From contig CAZVBL010000004.1 of assembly GCA_964625475.1 (NCBI GenBank), positions 1,143-65,142 on the forward strand: a DNA stretch of 64,000 bases, written 5' to 3'. The stretch is from an uncultured Zhenpiania sp. Lineage in GTDB: Bacteria > Bacillota > Clostridia > Peptostreptococcales > Anaerovoracaceae. How positions within the stretch are numbered: position 1 is the stretch's first letter; the number at the start of each line of letters is the position of its first letter. Positions 30,035 through 39,575 of this stretch are shown piece by piece. Position numbers and translations under genes: made by a program. The notes under the pieces were generated by a model. It saw only the letters and a list, made by a program, of their open reading frames with translations, was not told the origin of the DNA and made no database searches.

Positions 30035-30200
30035 ATTCTATGCTGCCTCAGCGGATCCGAACAAGGTGGGTTTGCATTCCAGGCGAAGCCATGGTTTAGC
30101 AGATTAGCTGGAATCGCATTCCCAAATGAACTCGCTATGCTGATCTAACAAATCTCCACCCTCAACCCAAGGGATACGCACCCAGTCAGGCATAGAGCCC
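30035..30200 (-). ncRNA. ssrS: Probable 6S RNA
   Basis: About 165 nt folding by eye into a rod: closing stem (CTATGC/GCATAG, AGGGTGG/CCACCTT), central bubble with a 3' hairpin, terminal stem (AGCA-TAGC/GCTA-TGCT); contains the CCCACCT motif I recall from firmicute 6S RNAs; G-U pairs favour the minus strand. Confidence 0.7.
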
Positions 30201-30208
30201 CATCTCAC

Positions 30209-30421
30209 TCAATGTTTTCTGTGATATGCTTTGCGCTCCGCTTCGGGCAAATCTTCCACAAATTTGATGCGATCCAAATGCCCGCGAAAGTTTTCCCGAA
30301 ACTTTGCGATGTATTCCTTGCGCAGCTGATCCCGCTCTTTCCGTTCTTCTTCGGTCAACCCTTCTTCTTTGTCCTTTCTCGCCAGTTCGTTGATGCGGTC
30401 GATTTTTTCTTTTCCTATCAT
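30209..30421 (-). CDS. DUF896 (YnzC-like) small protein
   Basis: IDRINELARK..GLTEEE..ER..LRKEYI..FR. Confidence 0.92.
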   Translation of the reverse strand: MIGKEKIDRINELARKDKEEGLTEEERKERDQLRKEYIAKFRENFRGHLDRIKFVEDLPEAERKAYHRKH

Positions 30422-30920
30422 CTTTGCACGCAGCCTCCACTTGCCCAAAGGACAATTGGAAGTTTCCTTTCCACTACAATGTTACAATTGTTTATGAACC
30501 ATACCCCTTGCAGTCAGCAAGGGGTTGCCTGCCTTGTTGCTCAAATCTGCCTTTTTCGTTTGCAAGCACCGGCAGCAAATCCAGTATAGTGAATGCGGCT
30601 TTTTTTGTCAACCTATGCCTGGAATTTGTTTCATGCCGTATGCGCCACAACCCAGTGCAAAGCATAAAGGGGAATAGATGGCTGGGTTCAAGCAATGAGT
30701 AGAGTCGTTGCCATGAAATTGTTTTAGGGACAGGCAATCGTCCCTATTTTCACGCCAAAACTCAGCAACGACCGTCAAAAAACTCCGGGAAATCAACGGT
30801 TGATTTTGTGCGAAAACTGTCTTAAAATAGGAAAGGACGTTTGTTTTTCCCGCCTTGCTTTCACGAATCATAACGCTGCAGGAAGAAAGCAGAGATGAAC
30901 CGGAGGTGAACGACATCGCA

Positions 30921-31550
30921 ATGAAAGTGATCAAATGGCTTGACGAATACCTGGAGGAAGTGTTGATGGGCCTGCTTTTGATAGGCATCGTGGCCCTCGT
31001 GTCGTGCCAGGTCATCGCTCGATATGTGTTCAACAATTCCCTGACCTGGTCGGATGAACTGGCGAAGTATTTCCTGGTATGGAGCTGTTTCCTGAGCGTC
31101 AGCTATTGCGTCAAGAAGCGGATTTCCATCAAGATCGATCAGTTCCAGAACATGCTGTCTGAAAAGGCGCTCCCATGGATCAAGCTCATCAGGCATACGG
31201 TTGTTTTCATCTTTTGCATTCTCATGCTGCCCTTTTGCGTGACCTATGTACAGCAGGCGATCGATAACGGAGCCACCAGCTCCGCCCTGCAGATCCCCAT
31301 GTATTACATCCAATCCGCACCCCTGGCAGGCTTCGCACTGCTGACGATCCGCGTCGGACAGGCGTGGCTCAGGGAATTTCGGGCTTCAAAGCGCACCATC
31401 TTTGAAACCATAAAAGAAGAGCTGCGATATGAATTGCTCGATGAAATGCGGAGACAGGAAAGCGAAGGAAAAGAAGCTGGAGAGGAAGAGAAGAAGATAG
31501 AAATGAAAGACGAGAAGCGCGAAAAGGGAGAGGAGGTGAAGGAGCAGTGA
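30921..31550 (+). CDS. dctQ: TRAP transporter small permease DctQ
   Basis: QVIARYVFNNSLTWSDELAKY, four TMs, charged C-terminal tail. Confidence 0.92.
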   Translation: MKVIKWLDEYLEEVLMGLLLIGIVALVSCQVIARYVFNNSLTWSDELAKYFLVWSCFLSVSYCVKKRISIKIDQFQNMLSEKALPWIKLIRHTVVFIFCILMLPFCVTYVQQAIDNGATSSALQIPMYYIQSAPLAGFALLTIRVGQAWLREFRASKRTIFETIKEELRYELLDEMRRQESEGKEAGEEEKKIEMKDEKREKGEEVKEQ

Positions 31551-32944
31551 CAATCCTTGTTTTGATCATTTGCGTCGTTTTGTTGGCCATCGCCGTTCCC
31601 GTGGGGTTGGCGGTCGCCATCGACAGCCTGCTGCCGTCCCTTTTGTCCGATTCCTTTACCGTCAGCGGCGTCTTTGTGCTGCGTTCCATGCTCAGCGGCA
31701 TCAACCAGACGACGCTGCTGGCCATCCCCCTTTTCGTGCTGTCTGGGATCCTCATGTCAAAGGGGGGCGTTTCCAAAAGGCTCTTTGACTTTTTCGCCTA
31801 TTTCATCGGGAACAGGACAGCGGGGATTCCCTGTGCGGTCATCGTCACCTGCTTGTTCTTCGGTGCGATTTCCGGATCGGCTCCCGCAACCGTCGCAGCG
31901 GTTGGCTCCATGACCATTCCCTTCATGCTCAGCATGGGCTACGACAAAAAATTCACTGTCGCGCTGGTTGCCATTTCCGGCGGATTGGGCGTCATCATAC
32001 CCCCATCCATTCCCATGATTCTCTATGCCCAGGCATCCGGCACCTCCGTCTCCGATTTGTTCAAGGCCGGCATCGTTCCAGGACTGCTCATTGCGGCAAT
32101 CCTGATGGTTTATTCCTTCGTATACTGCAAAATCAACGGTGAGGACAAGGAACGAATCCGGGAAATCGTGGGTGGCTTGAGAGAGGAAAGCCTGGGTCGG
32201 GTGTTCCTCAAATCCTTCTGGGCGCTTTTGACGCCCGTCATCATCCTGGGGTGCATTTACTCCGGCATCACCTCACCCACGGAGGCAGCCGCCATTTCGG
32301 TCCTTTACGCCCTGGTGATTTCCTTGTTCGTCTACAAATCCCTCAAAATCAGGGATCTTTGGCCCATTTTCATAGAAGCCACCAGGACCTATGGCCCTGT
32401 GCTGTTCATCCTGGCATCCTCCGTGGCCTTTTCCAGGATTCTGACGCTGATGCAGGTGCCGCAGATGCTGAGCCAATGGATCACCAACGATTTTTCAAAC
32501 AAGGTCATCGTGTTCCTGGTTGTGAACATCATCCTGCTGCTGGTGGGCATGGTGCTGGACACCACTCCTGCCATCATGCTGCTGACCCCGATTTTGCTGC
32601 CGGTCGTAACGGTCTTTGGCATGGATCCTATCCACTTTGGAATCGTCATGGTCGTCAACCTGGCCATCGGGTTTGTCACGCCGCCCATCGGCGTGAACCT
32701 GTTCGTCGCCAGCTCCCTTTCCAAGGTTCCTGTCATGGAAATCGCAAGAAAAGCCGCAGGCATGATCCTGTTGTTCCTCATTGCTTTGGTGTTCATTACC
32801 TTTGTTCCGGGCATCAGCATCGGCGTGTTGACAAGCCCCGGGAAAACCATCATCGTGATCGCCTGCATCGTTGCTGCGGCGGCTGCGCTTGTCATCATTT
32901 CAAAAATCGTAAACAAAGGGAAAGAAGGTGCCCATCGTGAATAA
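31547..32944 (+). CDS. dctM: TRAP transporter large permease DctM
   Basis: LLAIPLF, GAISGSAPA, LGVIIPPSIP, TPPIGVNLF; GTG start. Confidence 0.95.
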   Translation: MTILVLIICVVLLAIAVPVGLAVAIDSLLPSLLSDSFTVSGVFVLRSMLSGINQTTLLAIPLFVLSGILMSKGGVSKRLFDFFAYFIGNRTAGIPCAVIVTCLFFGAISGSAPATVAAVGSMTIPFMLSMGYDKKFTVALVAISGGLGVIIPPSIPMILYAQASGTSVSDLFKAGIVPGLLIAAILMVYSFVYCKINGEDKERIREIVGGLREESLGRVFLKSFWALLTPVIILGCIYSGITSPTEAAAISVLYALVISLFVYKSLKIRDLWPIFIEATRTYGPVLFILASSVAFSRILTLMQVPQMLSQWITNDFSNKVIVFLVVNIILLLVGMVLDTTPAIMLLTPILLPVVTVFGMDPIHFGIVMVVNLAIGFVTPPIGVNLFVASSLSKVPVMEIARKAAGMILLFLIALVFITFVPGISIGVLTSPGKTIIVIACIVAAAAALVIISKIVNKGKEGAHRE

Positions 32945-33959
32945 AAAGAAAAGGAAAAAAAGCAGGACGCTGATGGCCATGCTGTTGATGGCCGCATTCC
33001 TAGGCGTTTTGACCGGCTGCGAAGCGGAGGGGCAGGAATACGCCATGGTCCTTGCCACGGCAAGCCCCGAAGATACGGTCACGGGCCTGTTTGCCAACGA
33101 GTTTGCCCAGCAGGTGGGACGCATTTCCAATGGAGAAATGGAAATCCAGGTCTACCACAACTCTCTCCTGGGCGGCGACACGGAGATCCTGGAATCCTGC
33201 CAGACCGGGGACATTCCCTTCGTGGTGCAGAACACTGCGCCGCAGGTCAGCTACATGCCCGCCCTGAGCCTCTTCGATCTGCCCATGGTTTTCGATGACC
33301 TGCAGCAGCTCCATCAGGTATTGGACGACGATGCATTCATGGAAAAGGTCAACGAAATTTACAAGGACGGGAATTTGCGCCTCCTGACGATGGGGGATCA
33401 GGGATTCCGGGTCATGTCCTCCAACCGAAACGTTCAATCCCTGGAAGATTTCGATGGCATCAAAATCCGAACCATGGAAAACAATTACCATATTCGCTTT
33501 TGGTCGGCACTCGGCGCAAACCCAACGCCCATGGCCTTTGCCGAGCTTTATGTGGGGCTGGAGCAAAACACGGTGGATGCCCAGGAAAATCCCTATGAAG
33601 TCATCGTTTCCAATCGGTTCTACGAGGTACAGGATTATGTGGTGGAAACCAACCACCTGCCCCATCTTTTGAGCCTGATTACCAACGACGAATTTTACGC
33701 CAACCTGACAAAGGAGGAACAGCAGGTCATCGATGAGGCTGCGGCAAACGCAGCGGAATATGCCAGGGAGCAGGCCGCCGTGCGTTCCAGCCAGCGCAAG
33801 AAAACCATCGCCGAAAGCGGAACCCAGATCGTTGAAATTTCCCCTGCGCTGCGAACGGAAATGCGGCAGGCATCCGCCCAGCTGTACGAACAGATTCGAG
33901 ACACGGTAAACGATGATGCGCTCTTCGACACCTATACCCAATTTATCGAAGCCCAGTGA
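32937..33959 (+). CDS. dctP: TRAP substrate-binding lipoprotein DctP
   Basis: Lipobox LTGC, GIKIRTMEN, LGANPTPM, VDAQENP. Confidence 0.93.
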   Translation: MNKKKRKKSRTLMAMLLMAAFLGVLTGCEAEGQEYAMVLATASPEDTVTGLFANEFAQQVGRISNGEMEIQVYHNSLLGGDTEILESCQTGDIPFVVQNTAPQVSYMPALSLFDLPMVFDDLQQLHQVLDDDAFMEKVNEIYKDGNLRLLTMGDQGFRVMSSNRNVQSLEDFDGIKIRTMENNYHIRFWSALGANPTPMAFAELYVGLEQNTVDAQENPYEVIVSNRFYEVQDYVVETNHLPHLLSLITNDEFYANLTKEEQQVIDEAAANAAEYAREQAAVRSSQRKKTIAESGTQIVEISPALRTEMRQASAQLYEQIRDTVNDDALFDTYTQFIEAQ

Positions 33960-34050
33960 TCGCCGCATGCACGGGGAAAATCCCCCGACCGCCAGAGCCT
34001 TGTATATTATGCCGATTTGCAGTGATCGCCGCATGCACGGGGAAAATCTC
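33954..34050 (+). repeat. Two exact 29-bp direct repeats with a 37-bp spacer (type I-E CRISPR-repeat-like)
   Basis: CAGTGATCGCCGCATGCACGGGGAAAATC at 33954-33982 and 34020-34048. Confidence 0.9.
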
Positions 34051-34068
34051 CCCTTGCGTTTTTTTCGG

Positions 34069-34926
34069 TCAAAGGATTTTTCGGACAGCATCGATGGGCA
34101 TGTCCTGCCCCGTCCAGAGCTTGAAGGCCGCCGCACCCTGATAAATCATCATGTTGATGCCGTTCATGGCATAGCAGCCTTTTTTGCGCGCCATGGCCAG
34201 CAAAGCCGTTTCTTCGGGAGCATAAATCACATCGAACACGTACAGCTCCGGGCGCAGATAGCTTTCATCGGGAACCAGGCACTGCCCTTTCAGTTTTCCC
34301 ATTCCCACATTGGTGGCATTGCACAGGAGTGCGCTGTCCGCGATTTCCCGTTTCAATGCAGCGTGATCCTCAAGAGGGTAAAACGTCGCCCTGCATGTCG
34401 TCTCGCTGTTGATGGTTTCGATGTTTTCCTCCATATGGCCGACAAAAGAATCGGATTTGTTGAAAATGGAAATTTCCCCTACGCAATCCAACGCCGCCTG
34501 CATGCAGATGGCCGTAGCCACGCCCCCGGCGCCGAAAACCGTGATTTTTTCCCCGATGATGTCGATGCCTGCGTTTTTCACCGCTTCCATGAAGCCCAGC
34601 CCGTCCGTGTTGGTGCCTTTCAGCGTGCCGCCATCGTTGACAACCGTGTTGACCGACTGGCACAATGCGGCAATTTCAGAGATTTCATCCAGCAGTGGAA
34701 TGATGGCGGTCTTGTAGGGCATGGAAACGTTCCAGCCCCTGACGTTGAGCGCTTTCAGCCCTTTTACGGCATCGGGGAGGTTGCCGGGCGGAAATTCAAA
34801 GGCCAGGTAAGCGTAGTCAAGCCCCAGGCTTTCAAAGGCAGCGTTGTGCATGGCCGGCGATTTGCTGTGGCGGATCGGCGTAGCCAGCAGGCCGATCAAT
34901 TCCGTGCGTCCTGTAATGCGTGTCAT
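34069..34926 (-). CDS. aroE: Quinate/shikimate dehydrogenase (YdiB-like AroE paralog)
   Basis: PIRHSKSP, NVSMPYK, NTDG, GAGG, DVIYAP. Confidence 0.93.
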   Translation of the reverse strand: MTRITGRTELIGLLATPIRHSKSPAMHNAAFESLGLDYAYLAFEFPPGNLPDAVKGLKALNVRGWNVSMPYKTAIIPLLDEISEIAALCQSVNTVVNDGGTLKGTNTDGLGFMEAVKNAGIDIIGEKITVFGAGGVATAICMQAALDCVGEISIFNKSDSFVGHMEENIETINSETTCRATFYPLEDHAALKREIADSALLCNATNVGMGKLKGQCLVPDESYLRPELYVFDVIYAPEETALLAMARKKGCYAMNGINMMIYQGAAAFKLWTGQDMPIDAVRKIL

Positions 34927-36155
34927 CCTTCGAGAATCTCCTTCATTTTATATGCCAGTCCCATGCATCGTTCCAAGGGAAGGGAGCAAAGCGCAATGCG
35001 AATGCCCCGGTTCATTTTCTGCGCAAAAATGCGATGCTCCAGCAACGCCCGATGATAGCGATCCAGCTGTTGGGGATCCTCTATTTTCAGCGTCACGAAA
35101 AACCCCTCTTTATAGGGGTAATGAGCCAGGCCACAGGCATCGGCCTCCGCCAAAAATCGGTCGCTTCGTCCTTTCAATAGGTGGATGTAGCGTTCCTTTT
35201 CCCGCAAAAATGCATCTTTATGTACTGTCGTCATCGCCACAAAATTTTCCATGGCAGCATTGTTGCAGTTGGACCAGGTAGCCCTGGCATATCGTTCTGA
35301 AACCCGGTACGCATCCTGGACGGATCCTTCATCCTTTCCCAGGATCAGTTGGCAGCCGCACCGCATGCCATAGGAAGTCAGGGTCTTGGAGCAGGAGAAC
35401 GCAATGATGGCCATGACGTTTTCGCTCAGCCGATCAAAGAGCTTCATGTAATCCTGCGCATGCTTTCCGTCATATGCGAAATCTATGTAGGCGATGTCAT
35501 CCAGCAAGATAAAGGGACCATCCCTGGACAACTCGTTTGCCGCATCTATCACCTCCTGCCATTCCCCCAGCGCCATGGAATAGCCGGTAGGATTGTGGCA
35601 CGGATCATTGATGACAGCCAGGACTTTGCCCTGCTTTTTCATCGCAGTCTTGCAGGTTTCGTAAAAGGATTCGCCGTTAAAGCTATCGCCTGCGAACATT
35701 TCATAAGCCAGGGTTTCGTTCCCGTTGACCTGCGCCATGGTCTTGTAGCTTTCCCAGCCGATGGATGGCACCACCAGGATATCACCTCGATCGAGCAAGT
35801 TGTTGATGGCCATGGAAATGGCACCGCTGCCGCCTGGAGTCGCGATTTCCTGATGGTGCAGGCGCAGGTTCGCGCTGCCGCAGACCCACTCGTAAACCTG
35901 CCTTCGATAATCGGGGTTTCCCGCAATGGCGGAGGAATAGGCGGCTTTCGTGCGATTGTCCAGTCGGTTGTAGGAATCGAACACGCTGTCAAAGGCCACC
36001 AGGTTGCCAGCCTCATCGTGCAGCGTCCCCACCGTGGCATCCAGAGCCTCATCCTTTCCATATTTGGCAACCGCCTCCCTTGCCAGGGACGCTACATGGA
36101 ATGCGCCGTCCTGAAAGGGCGTGGGGTCACAGTTGTGTTTGATGAAAGATTTCAT
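34923..36155 (-). CDS. Class I/II PLP-dependent aminotransferase
   Basis: INDPCHNPTG, LDDIAY, SCSKTLTSYGMRCG; ATGA overlap with the dehydrogenase gene. Confidence 0.92.
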   Translation of the reverse strand: MKSFIKHNCDPTPFQDGAFHVASLAREAVAKYGKDEALDATVGTLHDEAGNLVAFDSVFDSYNRLDNRTKAAYSSAIAGNPDYRRQVYEWVCGSANLRLHHQEIATPGGSGAISMAINNLLDRGDILVVPSIGWESYKTMAQVNGNETLAYEMFAGDSFNGESFYETCKTAMKKQGKVLAVINDPCHNPTGYSMALGEWQEVIDAANELSRDGPFILLDDIAYIDFAYDGKHAQDYMKLFDRLSENVMAIIAFSCSKTLTSYGMRCGCQLILGKDEGSVQDAYRVSERYARATWSNCNNAAMENFVAMTTVHKDAFLREKERYIHLLKGRSDRFLAEADACGLAHYPYKEGFFVTLKIEDPQQLDRYHRALLEHRIFAQKMNRGIRIALCSLPLERCMGLAYKMKEILEG

Positions 36156-36352
36156 GGAACATATGCCCTCCTATCGGAAACTACATGCATTCATTGTACC
36201 ACTGGGAACGGCATCTTTCAATCCCGATTTCATATGGCGGAGGACTGGATCTGTAGAGGGGAAAGTTGATCTGAAAACTGGCTCTTGAACCTCCCGCAGA
36301 TCAAAATGGCTGGCAAGGAACCTGTCCCTGTCAGCCATCCTGGCTTCGCCTG

Positions 36353-37555
36353 TTATTTTATTTTCACTCTCACCACCATGCTGTAAGCCCCGTAGACTTT
36401 CGCATTGTCCACTTTTTTGTATGCCCGGACTTTCACATAATAGGTTCCCTTTCTCTGTCGCTTTTTCAAGCTTTTTAGCTTTTTGAACGTTTTTTTCGTG
36501 GCGTTCTTTTTCTTGATGAGAGCCGTCCTTTTTCCTTTTTTGAAGTTTTTGTCCCTGGCGACCACCACTTGGTAGCCATCGGCCTTTGCGTTCTTTTTCC
36601 AACGCACGATCAGCTTCTTTTTGCTGGCCTGGACTTTCGCCTTCACCCCGGTGACTTTGCCAGGTTTGTCCGATTTGACGGCAGTGGTTTGCTTGCTCAC
36701 CGATACCGTCCCAGCATCAGACCAGAGGTCAGAGTCCAGGTTCAAATGCAAAGCGGGGCGCACGGTGCCTTCAAGAGTGCTAACGTAGGCTCCGTAGTAT
36801 TCAATACAGCCGTAGGTGCCCACACTCGTGGCATCGGTGCTAAAGTAACCCCGCGAGCGCAGCCACCACCAGCCGTTGCCTCTATAGCCAGGCTCGTTGG
36901 CTGTCCACGCTCCCTGATCCTTTGCGTAATCCGTATTCTCCGCACGCCTGGTCTCATCGTATTCATCGCGATCCGCTGAAAACCCGTAACTCGTCTCCAA
37001 TGCTTCCTCGATGGACAGCAGGTACACCTTGTCCTGGGTGTCGTCCCCACCCTCGGCATTGTAGTAATAGGGGTTGTCCGCATTTTCCACGTTGGTCGTG
37101 AATATTGCGCCCTGCTCGCTGGAAGTGAATGCCTTGTCGATGAAATTGTTCTTGGAATAATCGATGCCGGATTCGTTCTCACCGCTCCCATAGCCGTTCA
37201 GCCAGCTGCGCAGCGTGCAGGTCGCCCAGGTCACACTAGCAAAACTTGTGTTGTACTGTTGGCAGTCCAGGTTCTGATCCGCTAGCAGGAACGCATCGTT
37301 TCCGTCCACCGACAGCACCCGCCACTTGATCTTTTCCGTCTTGAAGCCCTCGTTCCCATCGGAGCTTTGCGGGTAGCTGCCGAAATACACGCAATCCCAG
37401 GTCGTCGTGCCGTCCGCCGTCCTGGGATTCTGCGGCGCAGCCGCCGCATTCGCCCCCTGCCAGTTCGTGGGCAGCAGCCACGCCGCCACGGTGAACGCAA
37501 GCGTAAAAGCAACGATCCTTGCGCCCCATCTTCTTCCCTTCCTATTCTCCGTCAT
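36353..37555 (-). CDS. Secreted DUF6273-like protein with a C-terminal FN3-like domain
   Basis: Signal peptide, YFGSYPQ, IKWRVL, TLRSWLN, DKVYLLSIEE, WWWLRS, VRPAL, and a Lys-rich FN3-like tail. Confidence 0.82.
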   Translation of the reverse strand: MTENRKGRRWGARIVAFTLAFTVAAWLLPTNWQGANAAAAPQNPRTADGTTTWDCVYFGSYPQSSDGNEGFKTEKIKWRVLSVDGNDAFLLADQNLDCQQYNTSFASVTWATCTLRSWLNGYGSGENESGIDYSKNNFIDKAFTSSEQGAIFTTNVENADNPYYYNAEGGDDTQDKVYLLSIEEALETSYGFSADRDEYDETRRAENTDYAKDQGAWTANEPGYRGNGWWWLRSRGYFSTDATSVGTYGCIEYYGAYVSTLEGTVRPALHLNLDSDLWSDAGTVSVSKQTTAVKSDKPGKVTGVKAKVQASKKKLIVRWKKNAKADGYQVVVARDKNFKKGKRTALIKKKNATKKTFKKLKSLKKRQRKGTYYVKVRAYKKVDNAKVYGAYSMVVRVKIK

Positions 37556-37693
37556 TCGTCCTCTCCTTTCCTTGAAACGAACCGTTCCATCGCATCGCCG
37601 ATGCCCGCCCGTTGGCGCAGGATCGCTTGTGGTCGTTTCAGGTTGCCCCTGCGCTCCTCGCCATACGCCAATCGTCAAGTCGTTCATACCTAT

Positions 37694-37723
37694 ATCGTAC
37701 CCCCCCCCTCAGTGTTTTGTCAA
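37694..37723 (-). promoter_or_regulatory. sigma-A promoter with a G9 tract in its spacer
   Basis: TTGACA-AAACACTGAGGGGGGGGG (18 bp)-TACGAT. Confidence 0.65.
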
Positions 37724-37807
37724 TTGCTTTTTTCGTTTTTCAACACAAAGAAATGCCGCATGCGCTTTGTTTCTTCTTCACGTCTCCCACCCTCATTGGG
37801 AATGGCG

Positions 37808-37956
37808 TCATCCCAACAGCTCCGCTATGTTGATAGTCCAGCCATCGTAAATCCCAACGGGGATGTCCTCATCGAAAGAGAATTGCCCAAAGTCTTCGTT
37901 TTCGTTCTCAAAGAAATAGGACAGGGTCGTTTCTTTTTAAGGTCTTTGTCCCTCAT
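37808..37956 (-). pseudogene. Fragment of a Uma2/DUF820 endonuclease C-terminus with a 1-nt frame break
   Basis: RBS GGAGG and ATG 37956; after a -1 shift at CTT AAA AAG it reads KETTLSYFFENENEDFGQFSFDEDIPVGIYDGWTINIAELLG*. Confidence 0.55.
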
Positions 37957-38270
37957 GGCTTCCTCCGTACAATAATGCTATTGTACCATGAATTTCCGCT
38001 GAAAACTCAATCGAAATTCGCGATTCAATGAAAATTGCGTTTTCGGACAGCCCCCCTTCGCAGTCGAGCTTGCCGCCTTGGAAACCCACTTTTTTTAGAA
38101 TCGGCAAGAAATGTTCACTTTTCTTTGGAAAATGTGGTAAAATATTGGTTGAAAACGGCGCATCAGGGCAACAGCGCACTTGCCGATGAGGGCATGTTCG
38201 ATACGCAAACCATTGGCGAACAATCCCCAAACAGCGCAACGCCAAGCGCGCCAGGCATCTGGAGGAAACC

Positions 38271-39503
38271 ATGAACAAACGATTAGTCATTACTGGCATG
38301 GGAGCCGTCACTCCCATTGGAATCGGAGTCGATCAATATTGGAAGGGCTTGATTGAAGGAACCTGCGGCATCGACCGCATCACCCGTTTCGATCCCTCTG
38401 GCCTGGCGGTGCAGATCGCTGCAGAGGTAAAGGGCTTTGACCCAAAGGACTGCCTTTCCGCAAAACTGGTGCGGGAGATGGATTTGTTCCAACAGTACGC
38501 CTATGCTGCCGCAGAGGAAGCCCTGACCCAAAGCGGGCTTCAGGTGGAGGGACAATCAGACCGCATCGGCTTGCTCATGGGAACCGCCATGAACGGAGTC
38601 GCCACGACAGCAGAAACCCAGGCGGAGCTTTCCGCAGGGAAATCGAAAAAGGTCAGTCCCCGCTTTGTGCCCAAAATCCTGGGGAACCTGGCTGCGGCCC
38701 AGTTTTCCATCGCCAGGGGAATCCACGGCCCCAGCTATACGCTGAATACCGCCTGCTCTTCCGGAGGCGATGCCATCGCAATGGCCGCCACATTGATTCA
38801 AACTGGACAAGCCGATGCCATGGTGGTCATGGGTGGCGAGAGCAGCCTCTGCCCTGTGGTGCTGGGAAGCCTGGCACAGGCCAAGGCCCTGTCCCGGAGC
38901 AACGAAAACCCCAAGTCCGCCTGTCGGCCTTTCGATGCGAACCGAGATGGCTTTATCATGGGCGAAGGGGGCGGCGCACTGATTCTGGAGACGGCGGAAA
39001 GCGCATCGGCGAGAAACGCTGTGATCCTTGCGGAGCTGGCAGGCTATGCCAATACTTCCGATGGCTATCATGTGACTTCGCCTGACCCTTCCGGGAAAGA
39101 AGCCATAACCTGCATGAAGCTGGCACTTTCCATGGCCGGGCTGGAGCCGGGGCAAATCGAATACATCAATGCCCATGGAACGTCCACCCCTGTGGGCGAT
39201 CCTATCGAAACCAGGGCGATCAAAGCGGTGTTCGGGGAAGCCCCCCCTCCTATCAGCTCAACGAAAGGCGCGACCGGCCATCTCATGGGGGCTGGCGGCA
39301 TCACGGAAACCATCGCCTGCATCCAGGCCATCAACACCGGCATCCTGCCTCCCACCCTGGGATACGAAACGCCGGATCCGGAATGCGACCTGGACTGCGT
39401 TCCGAACCAGGCGCGGAATGCGCAGGTTCATGCCGCCATGTCCAATGCACTGGGATTCGGCGGGCAGAACTCCAGCATTATCGTGAAAAAATACGAAGCG
39501 TAG
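38271..39503 (+). CDS. fabF: 3-oxoacyl-ACP synthase II
   Basis: NTACSSG, YINAHGTST, GHLMGA, SNALGFGG. Confidence 0.95.
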   Translation: MNKRLVITGMGAVTPIGIGVDQYWKGLIEGTCGIDRITRFDPSGLAVQIAAEVKGFDPKDCLSAKLVREMDLFQQYAYAAAEEALTQSGLQVEGQSDRIGLLMGTAMNGVATTAETQAELSAGKSKKVSPRFVPKILGNLAAAQFSIARGIHGPSYTLNTACSSGGDAIAMAATLIQTGQADAMVVMGGESSLCPVVLGSLAQAKALSRSNENPKSACRPFDANRDGFIMGEGGGALILETAESASARNAVILAELAGYANTSDGYHVTSPDPSGKEAITCMKLALSMAGLEPGQIEYINAHGTSTPVGDPIETRAIKAVFGEAPPPISSTKGATGHLMGAGGITETIACIQAINTGILPPTLGYETPDPECDLDCVPNQARNAQVHAAMSNALGFGGQNSSIIVKKYEA

Positions 39504-39535
39504 GTATGTCGATCCTTTTCGGTTTGTTCAAAATC

Positions 39536-39567
39536 GGACTCCCAGCAGTTGCCGCTGCTGGGAGTCC
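39536..39567. terminator. GC-rich hairpin between convergent fabF and mntP
   Basis: Perfect 13-bp stem GGACTCCCAGCAG / CTGCTGGGAGTCC, 6-nt loop, no immediate U-tract. Confidence 0.6.
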
Positions 39568-39575
39568 TGCTCATT

